Shown here one piece after another: positions 37,582 through 46,589 of a stretch of DNA of 64,000 nucleotides; position 1 is the stretch's first letter; every line of letters begins with the position of its first letter. This stretch comes from an uncultured Sphingomonadales bacterium (lineage in GTDB: Bacteria; Pseudomonadota; Alphaproteobacteria; Sphingomonadales; Sphingomonadaceae), in assembly GCA_937870585.1 (NCBI GenBank), contig CALMZE010000007.1:29064-93063 (forward strand). The letters are read 5' to 3'. The notes beneath the pieces were generated by a model that saw nothing but the letters and a program-made list of their open reading frames with translations, was not told the DNA's origin and did not search any database. Both the position numbers and the translations under genes were made by a program.

Positions 37582-38556
37582 ATGAAGGCTGTCTTTGTGT
37601 GCAAGCCATCGAAAAGGATCATCGGCGTGGTTGGTGAAAATCTCAGACATTTCGGCGGACTGCCCGTAGCGGATTTTCGCGGTGAGGGGACGCCTCTCGA
37701 TTTTACCCGGACCTGCCCAAGGCTGCGCTGCGATTATGATGACGAGCAGGATCTGCGCGATCTGCTGACGCTGTTGCTCGATCAGCCCTCTCTGCCAAGC
37801 CTGACCGCGCTGGTGTTCGGCCTCTGGCTTGAAAATGGCGAAAGCTATGACGTGTCGCCGCAGCCCGTGCTCGATATGCTGGTGGCCTTCAAGTTGCGAC
37901 TGCCCGCGCTCAAGGCCCTGTTCATGGGCGATATTGTCTCCGAAGAGAATGAAATCTCGTGGATCAAGCAGGGCGATTATGCCGGCATCTGGGCTGCCTT
38001 CCCCCGGCTGGAAGAGATCATTGTGCGCGGCGGCGCTGATCTGTCTCTGGGGACGATCAACCATCAATCTCTGCGCAAACTCGCCATTCAGACGGGCGGG
38101 CTGGATCAGATGGTTGTGCGCGAGGCGCTGTCCGCCAATGCCCCGATTGAGCATTTCGAGCTCTGGCTGGGGGATGAGGGCTATGGGGCCAACACTTCGG
38201 TTGCCGATTTCGAGGCGCTGTTCGCGGGTCATCTCTTTCCCCGCCTGCACACGCTGGCGCTGCGCAATGCACAATATACTGACGCCATTGCGTCTGCCCT
38301 CGTGGCCAGCCCGCTGATTGACCGGATCAAGCGGCTTGATCTCTCCAAGGGCACGCTGACCGATGCGGGCGCGCAGGCGCTGATCTCTTCAGGCAAGCTT
38401 GGGCAGCTCGAACAGATCGATATCAGCTTCCACTATGTCTCTCCTGAGATGGTGAGCGAACTCTCCCGCCACACGCCCAAGCTGATCGCTGATGATCCTC
38501 AAACGCCAGACGATTGGGATGGCGAGACGCATTATTACGTCGCCGTGTCTGAGTGA
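37582..38556 (+). CDS. STM4015 family leucine-rich-repeat protein
   Basis: LKALFMGD...EISWI, LELWLG..YG, LDLSKGTLTDAGA, C-terminal YVAVSE. Confidence 0.8.
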   Translation: MKAVFVCKPSKRIIGVVGENLRHFGGLPVADFRGEGTPLDFTRTCPRLRCDYDDEQDLRDLLTLLLDQPSLPSLTALVFGLWLENGESYDVSPQPVLDMLVAFKLRLPALKALFMGDIVSEENEISWIKQGDYAGIWAAFPRLEEIIVRGGADLSLGTINHQSLRKLAIQTGGLDQMVVREALSANAPIEHFELWLGDEGYGANTSVADFEALFAGHLFPRLHTLALRNAQYTDAIASALVASPLIDRIKRLDLSKGTLTDAGAQALISSGKLGQLEQIDISFHYVSPEMVSELSRHTPKLIADDPQTPDDWDGETHYYVAVSE

Positions 38557-39734
38557 AGGCTGAACTGGCTTCGCATGCAGGACGCCCGGCACTCGTCATA
38601 GTGGGCGGCGGATCAGGCCATCGGGCGCAGAGCCTGACCGCTGCCTGTCTGGCCGAATTCGGGCATAGACCGCGCACACTCACATGGCGCGATGTGCTGC
38701 GCGATCCCCACCACCTCGACACTGCGCTGGAGGGCGCCGACTGGCTACGCTTCGAAACGCCCGATCAGGATGCTGACGAACTGGCCGCGCTGCACGAGGC
38801 TGGCGCGGATGAAGCGGTGCGGCTGGGCATTCATACCATGCCCGCCGACTCTAAGGCGTTGATCGCGTCAGGCGCCATCGGCTCGCCCTCACAAATGAAT
38901 CTGGGCCTGCACAAGCTGGTCGCCATGGCCTGCGCACTAGCTGACACAAAAGGCGTTACCACTTCGACGCGACCCGAGGATGTGGCGCTCGCGTTCGACA
39001 AGCGCCATGCACAGGCGCAGTTCCGGGCGGCAGGGCTGCCCGTTCCCCGATCATTGGAGGGTGTGACCGACTTCGCCTCGCTTGAGACGGCGATGGATCA
39101 GGCGCGCATCAACCGGGTGTTCGTCAAACTGCGCCATGGTGCGGCGGCGGCAGGCATGGTCGCGCTCGCCCGCCATGGCCAAAACTGGCGCAGCGCAACG
39201 ACGGCGGAGATTGGAGCAGACGGCGTGCTGCGCGCCACCCGGCGTGTGCGGACACTCAACACGCGCGCAGAGGCCGAACGGCTGATCAACACACTCGGCC
39301 CGCTCGGCCTGCACGCCGAAGCCTGGATACCCAAGATCGGCATACAGGGCCGCGCCGCCGATGTGCGCCTTGTGATGATCGGCGGCGATGTGGCGTCGGT
39401 CACGGTGCGCGCCAGTCTCCACCCCATGACCAACCTTCATCTCGGCGGCGAGCGCCTGCCACTCGACGCGCTGACGGCTGTCATTGGCGATGCGATGTGG
39501 GATGCAATCTGCGAGACTGCGCGTAAGGTCGCGCGCCTGTTTCCGCACAGTGACAATCTGGGTATTGACATCGCCATCAGTGCCGATGCGCGGCGCCATT
39601 ATGTGCTGGAAGCCAATCTGTTCGGCGATTTCGTGAAGGATGCCGGAAGCGACGCTTCGCACCTGCACGCTCTGGCGATGCGCCACATCCGGCACAAAAT
39701 CGCAGCGCGGTGCATGGACCGGCACGCGGCATGA
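38553..39734 (+). CDS. STM4014 family ATP-grasp protein
   Basis: VFVKLRHGAAAAG, DVRLV, MTNLHLGGER, GIDI, LEANLFGD. Confidence 0.8.
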   Translation: MKAELASHAGRPALVIVGGGSGHRAQSLTAACLAEFGHRPRTLTWRDVLRDPHHLDTALEGADWLRFETPDQDADELAALHEAGADEAVRLGIHTMPADSKALIASGAIGSPSQMNLGLHKLVAMACALADTKGVTTSTRPEDVALAFDKRHAQAQFRAAGLPVPRSLEGVTDFASLETAMDQARINRVFVKLRHGAAAAGMVALARHGQNWRSATTAEIGADGVLRATRRVRTLNTRAEAERLINTLGPLGLHAEAWIPKIGIQGRAADVRLVMIGGDVASVTVRASLHPMTNLHLGGERLPLDALTAVIGDAMWDAICETARKVARLFPHSDNLGIDIAISADARRHYVLEANLFGDFVKDAGSDASHLHALAMRHIRHKIAARCMDRHAA

Positions 39735-40564
39735 GTGCGCCGCCCATCAACGCTGCGGCCTGCATCGGCATACACGACATCGTGTTCATCACGCTCGATA
39801 CGCTGCGATATGACGTGGCAGTCGCGGCCCTCGAACGCGGTGAGACGCCTGCCCTTGCCGCCTTGCTGCCCGGCGGCGCCTGGCAATGCCGCCACAGCCC
39901 GGCCAGCTTCACCTATGCCGCCCATCACGCGTTCTTCGCCGGATTTCTGCCAACCCCGGCGGCACCAGGGATCGGTCACACCCGCCTGTTCGCAGCACGC
40001 TTTCCTGGCAGTGAGACCACCGGCCCGGGCACGGCGGTGTTTGATACGCCAGACATTGTTTCTGGCCTTGCTGCGCATGGCTATCATTCGATCTGCATCG
40101 GCGGGACCGGATTTTTCAACAAACAGTCCCCGCTTGGATCGGTTCTGCCCAGCCTGTTTGCAGAAAGCTGGTGGTCGCCCGAACTGGGCGTGGCCGACCT
40201 TCATTCGCCCGCCAACCAGATCAACCTCGCCGTGGAGCGCATTGCAGCCTGCGCGCCTGAGCAGCGCCTGTTTCTGTTCATCAACATATCGGCCTGCCAC
40301 CCACCGCACGCCCTGTATCTGGAGGGAGCAGTGCAGGACAGCGCAGCAAGCCAGCGCGCAGCACTGGCGGCGGTAGACGCGCAACTGCCCCGCCTGTTCA
40401 CCACATTGCGCCGCCGCGCGCCGCTGCTGGCGATCCTGTGTTCAGACCATGGCACAGCCTTTGGCGAAGGCGGCCATCATGGCCACCGCATCGGCCATCC
40501 CACGGTTTGGACGGTGCCCTATGCCGAACTGACGCTGCCCGCGCTGGAAGGAGCGGCCCCGTGA
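39731..40564 (+). CDS. STM4013 family hydrolase (alkaline phosphatase/sulfatase superfamily)
   Basis: ITLDTLRYD, SPASFTYAAH, FLFINISACH, SDHGT. Confidence 0.8.
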   Translation: MSAPPINAAACIGIHDIVFITLDTLRYDVAVAALERGETPALAALLPGGAWQCRHSPASFTYAAHHAFFAGFLPTPAAPGIGHTRLFAARFPGSETTGPGTAVFDTPDIVSGLAAHGYHSICIGGTGFFNKQSPLGSVLPSLFAESWWSPELGVADLHSPANQINLAVERIAACAPEQRLFLFINISACHPPHALYLEGAVQDSAASQRAALAAVDAQLPRLFTTLRRRAPLLAILCSDHGTAFGEGGHHGHRIGHPTVWTVPYAELTLPALEGAAP

Positions 40565-41877
40565 CCGACCTGTCCGAACTGGGGCCGCTCTATCAGGATT
40601 ATGCCTATGGCTATCCGCACAAGAGCGCCTACCGCGCGTTCGCGCCCAGATTGAGGCTGGCCGATCTCTGGCGCGATGAGCGCAAGGACCGACTGTTCCT
40701 TTATGTGCACCTGCCCTTTTGCGACATGCGCTGCGGTTTCTGCAACCTGTTCACCACAGCCAATCCCGCCCGAGAGGTGCAAACCGCCTATCTCGCCGCG
40801 CTCGAACGCGAAATGGAGGCCGTGCGGGATGCAATCGGCGCGATCCAGCCCGTCCAGATGGCACTGGGCGGCGGGACGCCAACGCTGCTGTCCCCTTCTG
40901 ACCTTGCTCGGCTGCTGGATGCTCTGGCCCGGAACTTCAGCGCAAACCCTGCCCGCATGCCCGCAGGAATCGAAACATCCCCCAGCACTGCCACGCCAGA
41001 CCGCATCGCCCTGCTGTCCGAACGCGGGTTCGAACGCATCAGCATCGGCGTGCAATCGTTCAACGAAGCCGAAGCGCGCGCCATGGGGCGTCCGCAGGAC
41101 ACAGCGGAGGTGATGCAGGCGCTGGACACAATCCGCAGCCACGCGTTTCGCCGCCTCAACATCGATCTCATCTATGGGGCGGCTGAGCAAACGGTTGCTT
41201 CCTGGCTCGCCTCCTTGCAGCAGGCCCTGCGCTGGCAGCCCGAAGAGCTGTTCCTTTATCCGCTTTATATACGCGCGCGCACCGGGCTCGATGGCCGCTC
41301 CTCGGTGGAGGACGAACATCGTCGCACGCTCTATCGCGCAGGGCGGGATTATCTGGTGGCGCAGGGCTATCGGCAGATTTCGATGCGCGCCTTCCACCGG
41401 GCGGACACCAGCGAAACGGATAGCCCCCACGAATTCAGCTGCCAGGAAGATGGTGTGATCGGGCTGGGCACGGGCGCGCGCTCCTATACGGCCAAGGCGC
41501 ATTATTCCTCTCGCTATGCCGTCGCACGCGCCGGGGTGTTGGGCATCATCACCGACTATTGCGGCAAGACGCAGGACGATTTCAGGTTTGCAGATCATGG
41601 CATGACCATTGACCGCGACGACGCGATGCGTCGCTTCATCCTCAAATCGATCTTGCGCGTAGACGGGCTGGATCTGGCGCGTTTCAGAGCAGTTTTCGGC
41701 ATCGATGCGCGCGACGCCTTTCCGTCGCTGACCCGCCTATGCGATCTAGGCTTGCTGGCAAAGGAGGCGGAGCAGTTGCGCCCGACCGCCGATGGGCTGG
41801 AACATTCGGACGCAATTCCGCCACTTTTCTACTCCCCACGCGTTCGAGCCGCGATGCAATGCGGAGACGTGCTGTGA
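40561..41877 (+). CDS. STM4012 family radical SAM protein (HemN-like)
   Basis: YAYGYPHKSAYR, LYVHLPFCDMRCGFCN (CxxxCxxC), GGGTPT; GTG start overlapping upstream stop. Confidence 0.88.
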   Translation: MTDLSELGPLYQDYAYGYPHKSAYRAFAPRLRLADLWRDERKDRLFLYVHLPFCDMRCGFCNLFTTANPAREVQTAYLAALEREMEAVRDAIGAIQPVQMALGGGTPTLLSPSDLARLLDALARNFSANPARMPAGIETSPSTATPDRIALLSERGFERISIGVQSFNEAEARAMGRPQDTAEVMQALDTIRSHAFRRLNIDLIYGAAEQTVASWLASLQQALRWQPEELFLYPLYIRARTGLDGRSSVEDEHRRTLYRAGRDYLVAQGYRQISMRAFHRADTSETDSPHEFSCQEDGVIGLGTGARSYTAKAHYSSRYAVARAGVLGIITDYCGKTQDDFRFADHGMTIDRDDAMRRFILKSILRVDGLDLARFRAVFGIDARDAFPSLTRLCDLGLLAKEAEQLRPTADGLEHSDAIPPLFYSPRVRAAMQCGDVL

Positions 41878-42782
41878 GCGCGTCGCCCCTGACAATCCTG
41901 TGGCGCGGTCCGCTATCTGGCTGCAACTTCGATTGCGGCTATTGCCCCTTTGCCAAGCGCAAGGACAGCCGAGCGGTGCTGGCGCGCGACGCCAAAGCGC
42001 TCAACCGCTTCGTCGAATGGGTGCTGGCGCGCGACGGGCCGACATCTGTGCTGTTTACGCCCTGGGGCGAAGCGCTGATCCGCAAGCATTACCGGCAGGC
42101 TCTCATCCGTCTCTCGCACGCGCCGCATGTCGACCGGGTGGCGATCCAGACCAATTTGTCTGGCCCCGTGGAGTGGCTGAACGCCTGCGCACCCGCCAAA
42201 ATCGGCATCTGGGCAACATGGCATCCCGACCAGATCCCGATGGCGCGCTTTCTGGCGCGCATCGCCCGTCTCGACGCGCTGGGCATCGCCTATAGTGTAG
42301 GCGCGGTCGGCGTGCGTGCGCATGTCGAACAGATTGAGGCGTTGCGGGCCGCTTTGCCGACCCACGCCTATCTTTGGATCAATGCCGAAGAGTCGCTGCA
42401 AGGCCGATACAGTCCTGCCGAAATCGAGCGGTGGGCGGCAATTGATCCATGGTTCGAACTCAACAACCGTGCTTATGTCAGCCTTGGCCGCGCCTGCGTG
42501 ACGGGGCAGGGCGTCATTTCCGTGAATGGTGAAGGCGATGCGCGGCGTTGCCATTTCGTGGACGCTCAAATCGGCAATATTTACGAGCCCGGCTTTGAAG
42601 CCCGGCTCGCACCATCCCCTTGCCCGCTCTCGCAGTGCAACTGCCATATTGGCTATAGCCACCTCGATGATCTGGCGCTGCCCGGCCTGTTCGGGGCCGG
42701 CTTTCTCGAACGGCGCGCGCATGATCCAGAGCGCGCGGCGGCGCTTCTCGCCATGGCGCGGTTTGACAGCGGCGCGCTATAG
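41874..42782 (+). CDS. STM4011 family radical SAM protein
   Basis: WRGPLSGCNFDCGYCPFAK; C-terminal CHF...CPLSQCNCHIG; GTG start. Confidence 0.85.
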   Translation: MSASPLTILWRGPLSGCNFDCGYCPFAKRKDSRAVLARDAKALNRFVEWVLARDGPTSVLFTPWGEALIRKHYRQALIRLSHAPHVDRVAIQTNLSGPVEWLNACAPAKIGIWATWHPDQIPMARFLARIARLDALGIAYSVGAVGVRAHVEQIEALRAALPTHAYLWINAEESLQGRYSPAEIERWAAIDPWFELNNRAYVSLGRACVTGQGVISVNGEGDARRCHFVDAQIGNIYEPGFEARLAPSPCPLSQCNCHIGYSHLDDLALPGLFGAGFLERRAHDPERAAALLAMARFDSGAL

Positions 42783-42788
42783 CCGCGA

Positions 42789-43481
42789 TCAGCGCGCGCG
42801 TTCTTCCATCACGGCCCGCACCTTGGGGTTGGCTTCCTTTGCAATGTCCGCCGGAGTGATCGATTGCGGATCAAACGCAATCTGGCGTGAAACCGGCACA
42901 CCGTTCCAGCGCACACCCACCGGATCATATAGTTCGGGAAGTTCCTGAATCCCGCTGCCTGCCACATCAATCCAGGATGTGACCACCAGCCCCGGCGGCA
43001 AGTCCGCAATGCCGCTGCAACCGGACAGGTCCAGCACGGCCACTTCGCCGAGATTTTCGGGAAGCGCCTTCAGCGACCCGCAGCCAGACAGGTTCAACCT
43101 GCCGCCCCGCATGTTCAGATCGTCCGGCAAGGCGGTCAGCGCGGTGCAGCCCGACAGATCGAGGAACGCCACATCCATCCCGGCTGGCAGGCGCGTCAGG
43201 CCTGTGCAGCGGGCAAGAGACAGCGATCCGGTGTGAATGCCATCCGGCAAGTCACGCAGTTGCGCACAATCAGAGAGATTGACCGCAATATCGGCCGCAG
43301 CCGGAATCTCCGCTTTCGCAAACGCGCTGCCTTGCGCATTCATCATGCGCTTTCCGGCGGGCGTATTGCGCGGCGGCGGGGGTCCGGGGGTGCGGCGCGC
43401 TGTTTGCGCTGCCGAAGCAGGGGCAGCGGCGGGTGAACCGCTGCCGCCGAAAAACCGGGCAATGGTCTTGAAGATGGACAT
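42789..43481 (-). CDS. Leucine-rich-repeat protein
   Basis: About five LxLxxCxxLxxLP repeats; ends IAFDPQSIT...EANPKVRAVMEERAR. Confidence 0.8.
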   Translation of the reverse strand: MSIFKTIARFFGGSGSPAAAPASAAQTARRTPGPPPPRNTPAGKRMMNAQGSAFAKAEIPAAADIAVNLSDCAQLRDLPDGIHTGSLSLARCTGLTRLPAGMDVAFLDLSGCTALTALPDDLNMRGGRLNLSGCGSLKALPENLGEVAVLDLSGCSGIADLPPGLVVTSWIDVAGSGIQELPELYDPVGVRWNGVPVSRQIAFDPQSITPADIAKEANPKVRAVMEERAR

Positions 43482-43511
43482 GGCTTCTCCTTCGTCTGCG
43501 CCGAGCGGCAT

Positions 43512-46500
43512 TCAAAACTGGGTAACGCGGGCGAGATGCGGGTCAACAAGGAATAGGCGGCCAAATTGGTCAGCCAACAATACCGTGCCACTTGAGGCCG
43601 TGCGTGCGTGGGCTCTCGCCGGGACGCGCGCGAGCGGTATCAACTGGGTTTCCGCATGATGATGGAGTGAAAATTCCCGTTTGTCTTGCCCATCAGTTCG
43701 GATCACCGTCACCAACTTCCCGTCAACGGGGACGTTCGGATCGGGCGCGATCAAGACAGGCCGCCCGAAATCGCAGGGCATGAACTGGTCAAACACGCCC
43801 GCCTCAGCGCGCGGTTGCATCAGTTTGCGCGCGCGGGCCTCTCCGTCTTCGCTCCACAGCGAATAGGCCATGATGATGGTCTGGTCAGACAAGGCGCTAA
43901 ACGTCCGGCCCACCGTTTGGCTCCCCCAGGCCCAGGTGACTGTGGGAAGCAGCTCACCCGCGTCCGCAGGCTGCCCCTGCCGATAGCCATGGCAGATTGC
44001 TGTGGTGAGATGCCCACGCTCCTGCAAGCGCCACCATTCGGTCACGCCCTGCCGATCAGGCGAGACATCGATGGTGATCCAGGACGACGCATCCTCTTCA
44101 TGCAGAAAGGCAATAGCGCGCAGACGATCCGTGAGGGCGCACGACCAGAGAAACACAACGCGCGGCATGGCAGCGCACAGGGCAGCCAGATCGAGCGCGC
44201 CAATCTCGCTTCCCACTTGCACCAGCCAAGCCAGTTCGGATGTGACATCATGATGCGCGAGCAGGTTGACACGCCCGACCGGATGGAGCGAACGGCGCGC
44301 GGTATCGAAGCGCGTGATGCGTGTCAGTCCGTCCTTTTCGCGTTGCAGGATCAGGGCATGGGCACCACCGCCCACCGCCACCAACGCAGACACGTCACTC
44401 ATCGCCTGCCGCCAGATCACAAGACCATTGGCATCGATCAACTCAAGCTGCTGATTGTCTCGCCACGCCAAAATCAGGCCTGTGCCAAGGACGCAAGCCG
44501 CCAAGACCGGTGACGAGGTGACGAGCGGCTCGGGCACGAGCCAGTGACGCCGGGCAGGCGGCGCGGCGCGAAAGAGTTTGCGCAATGCGCCGAGATCACG
44601 GGCCAGCACCTTATGCCCGCTCTCTTGCAGCAAATGGACCAACTGATCCACATCCTGCGGGTTCAATTGGGCCGAAGCCTGACGCAGCACAGTGTTGGCC
44701 AGCCCTTCGAGCAGGGCAGACCCGGCCCCGTCCCAGAAGCCCATTTGCTCATCCGACCGGCGCGCTGCCAGACGGCGCATCGCGGCGAGCAGAGCAAGCA
44801 GGGCTTCTCCCTCTCCCTCGCGCAACATCAGGCTGCGCAAGTCCGCCAGTGCATCAGCGAGCAGCGGATCACCAACATGGGGCAGCGTGCGCGGAAATCC
44901 GGCAAGCTGGGCTGAATCGCCCGGCGCATGGCACAAGAGCGTGCGCGCCAGCGGTTCGGGCGCGAAGTTCCCCGGCTCAATTGACTTCATAGTCTCTTCT
45001 AGCCAGCCCCGGCGCAGATCGAGCAAGGCGCGGTCCACTCCAGCCTGACGCGCCAGATCATCGGTTACCTGCAAGGCCCGCAGCGGCTGACCGGATGCAA
45101 CCAGCGTGTCGGTCCAGCCTCTCAGCACAAAAGCATGATATTCGGCATCACCATTCCGGCTTTGCGCGGCCAGTTGCTCAAAACAGCCGGACCGATGCGC
45201 CAGCGCCAGCGCAGCCTCCTGCTTGCCAGCCGTATAGAGCAGCCGGATGGTCAGCACCGGATCGACTTTCGCCCCCAATGCCAGCCGAATGGCCTCTTCC
45301 ATCATGTCACCGCGTTCCAGCAATCGGACGGCGGCATCATTCTGTGCCAGAAGCTGCGAACGGATATAGGCCGCGCGCTTCATATCGCCTTCGGATTCGA
45401 GCTGTGTGGCCAGATCCTCATAAGTCTGGCGCATCTGCCAGCTCAGGTTCTCCGGCAGGACGGGCACTTCAAACGCGTCGCCTCCCAGATCGAAATCGAG
45501 TCGTGCCCGCGCAGCCGGAAGCTGACGGGGATAGCGGCGCGGGAGTTTGCGCGCCCCCTGCCCCCCACCCAACCGGATGGCCAGCCGCAAGGCATCGTCA
45601 ATCATGCCGCGCGCAGCCAGTGCCTTCACCTGCTGCGCCCGCGCCTCCAACTGCCTTGTGAGCGATCCGAACGGGTTCTTCCACGCCAGCCAGCCCAGCA
45701 GATTGTCGAGCAGGCCGGGCGTGCTCGGCTGGTGCGCAGCAGTTTCAGCCTTATCCTCTGCGCCCGCCAGTAGCCCGCGCACGAAACGGGTGAGGACGAA
45801 GACCAACACCATCAGCGAGATCGGTGCGCTCCGCGAGATAGCGGATAGGAGCAGAAGGAGACCGGCAGCATAGAGCACGAAGCGCAGCAGCCTGCCCATC
45901 GCAGGCAGAAGCCCGAGACCACCGCGCGCCCAGCCGACGAAGGAGCGGCGGCGACCCAAACTCTCCTTCAGATCCGAAAACGGGTCTGCCCGGCGACTGG
46001 GGACCAGTTCGACAAGGCTTGCACTTGCCTCTGCCTTAACCGGCACCAGCACCGCGCTGGGCGCGGCCGATTGGCGAGCCTCAACCCGGTCAGCATGACG
46101 CGCGACAGACTCTGGCCGCACGCCGGGATGCAGCATCACCTGCGGCATGTCCCATAAGAGCGAGAGCGGAAGCCTCTCCAGCACGTCCAGCGCAATGCGC
46201 TTCGCCCCTCCCCCCCACCAGATATCGACCGCGCGGACCGCACCGCCCAGCACAGGCGCGTCAACCGCGCGCCGCGCCGCATGGCTGGCGAGCGTCCCCG
46301 GCGCGCTCGCGACCAGCGGCAGAGCGGCGGGATGGTCAAGCCCGTGCGCCTTGGGTGGGCCATCGAACAGGATCACCAGCAGTTCACGTTGATGTGCGTC
46401 CGATCCGATCAAGCCCCGCCGCATCTCGCGCACTTGATCGCGCAGCCGGGCGAGCGGCGGCAGGCTGCCACCCGGCGGACGGATGAATGCCAGCGCCTGA

Positions 46501-46589
46501 CAGGGCTGATCAGAGGGGAAAACGGCAACCTCTGGCAGGGCGCGCGGTAAAGTCTCACGCGCGCGGATGGCGGCCTGACTGTGCCGCAT
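43512..46589 (-). CDS. bpX6-like large protein of MoxR-vWA-beta-propeller system
   Basis: TM segment, DDALRLAIRLG...TYEDL...RAAYI...LLER helical repeats, beta-rich C-terminus; TGATG coupling. Confidence 0.65.
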   Translation of the reverse strand: MRHSQAAIRARETLPRALPEVAVFPSDQPCQALAFIRPPGGSLPPLARLRDQVREMRRGLIGSDAHQRELLVILFDGPPKAHGLDHPAALPLVASAPGTLASHAARRAVDAPVLGGAVRAVDIWWGGGAKRIALDVLERLPLSLLWDMPQVMLHPGVRPESVARHADRVEARQSAAPSAVLVPVKAEASASLVELVPSRRADPFSDLKESLGRRRSFVGWARGGLGLLPAMGRLLRFVLYAAGLLLLLSAISRSAPISLMVLVFVLTRFVRGLLAGAEDKAETAAHQPSTPGLLDNLLGWLAWKNPFGSLTRQLEARAQQVKALAARGMIDDALRLAIRLGGGQGARKLPRRYPRQLPAARARLDFDLGGDAFEVPVLPENLSWQMRQTYEDLATQLESEGDMKRAAYIRSQLLAQNDAAVRLLERGDMMEEAIRLALGAKVDPVLTIRLLYTAGKQEAALALAHRSGCFEQLAAQSRNGDAEYHAFVLRGWTDTLVASGQPLRALQVTDDLARQAGVDRALLDLRRGWLEETMKSIEPGNFAPEPLARTLLCHAPGDSAQLAGFPRTLPHVGDPLLADALADLRSLMLREGEGEALLALLAAMRRLAARRSDEQMGFWDGAGSALLEGLANTVLRQASAQLNPQDVDQLVHLLQESGHKVLARDLGALRKLFRAAPPARRHWLVPEPLVTSSPVLAACVLGTGLILAWRDNQQLELIDANGLVIWRQAMSDVSALVAVGGGAHALILQREKDGLTRITRFDTARRSLHPVGRVNLLAHHDVTSELAWLVQVGSEIGALDLAALCAAMPRVVFLWSCALTDRLRAIAFLHEEDASSWITIDVSPDRQGVTEWWRLQERGHLTTAICHGYRQGQPADAGELLPTVTWAWGSQTVGRTFSALSDQTIIMAYSLWSEDGEARARKLMQPRAEAGVFDQFMPCDFGRPVLIAPDPNVPVDGKLVTVIRTDGQDKREFSLHHHAETQLIPLARVPARAHARTASSGTVLLADQFGRLFLVDPHLARVTQF

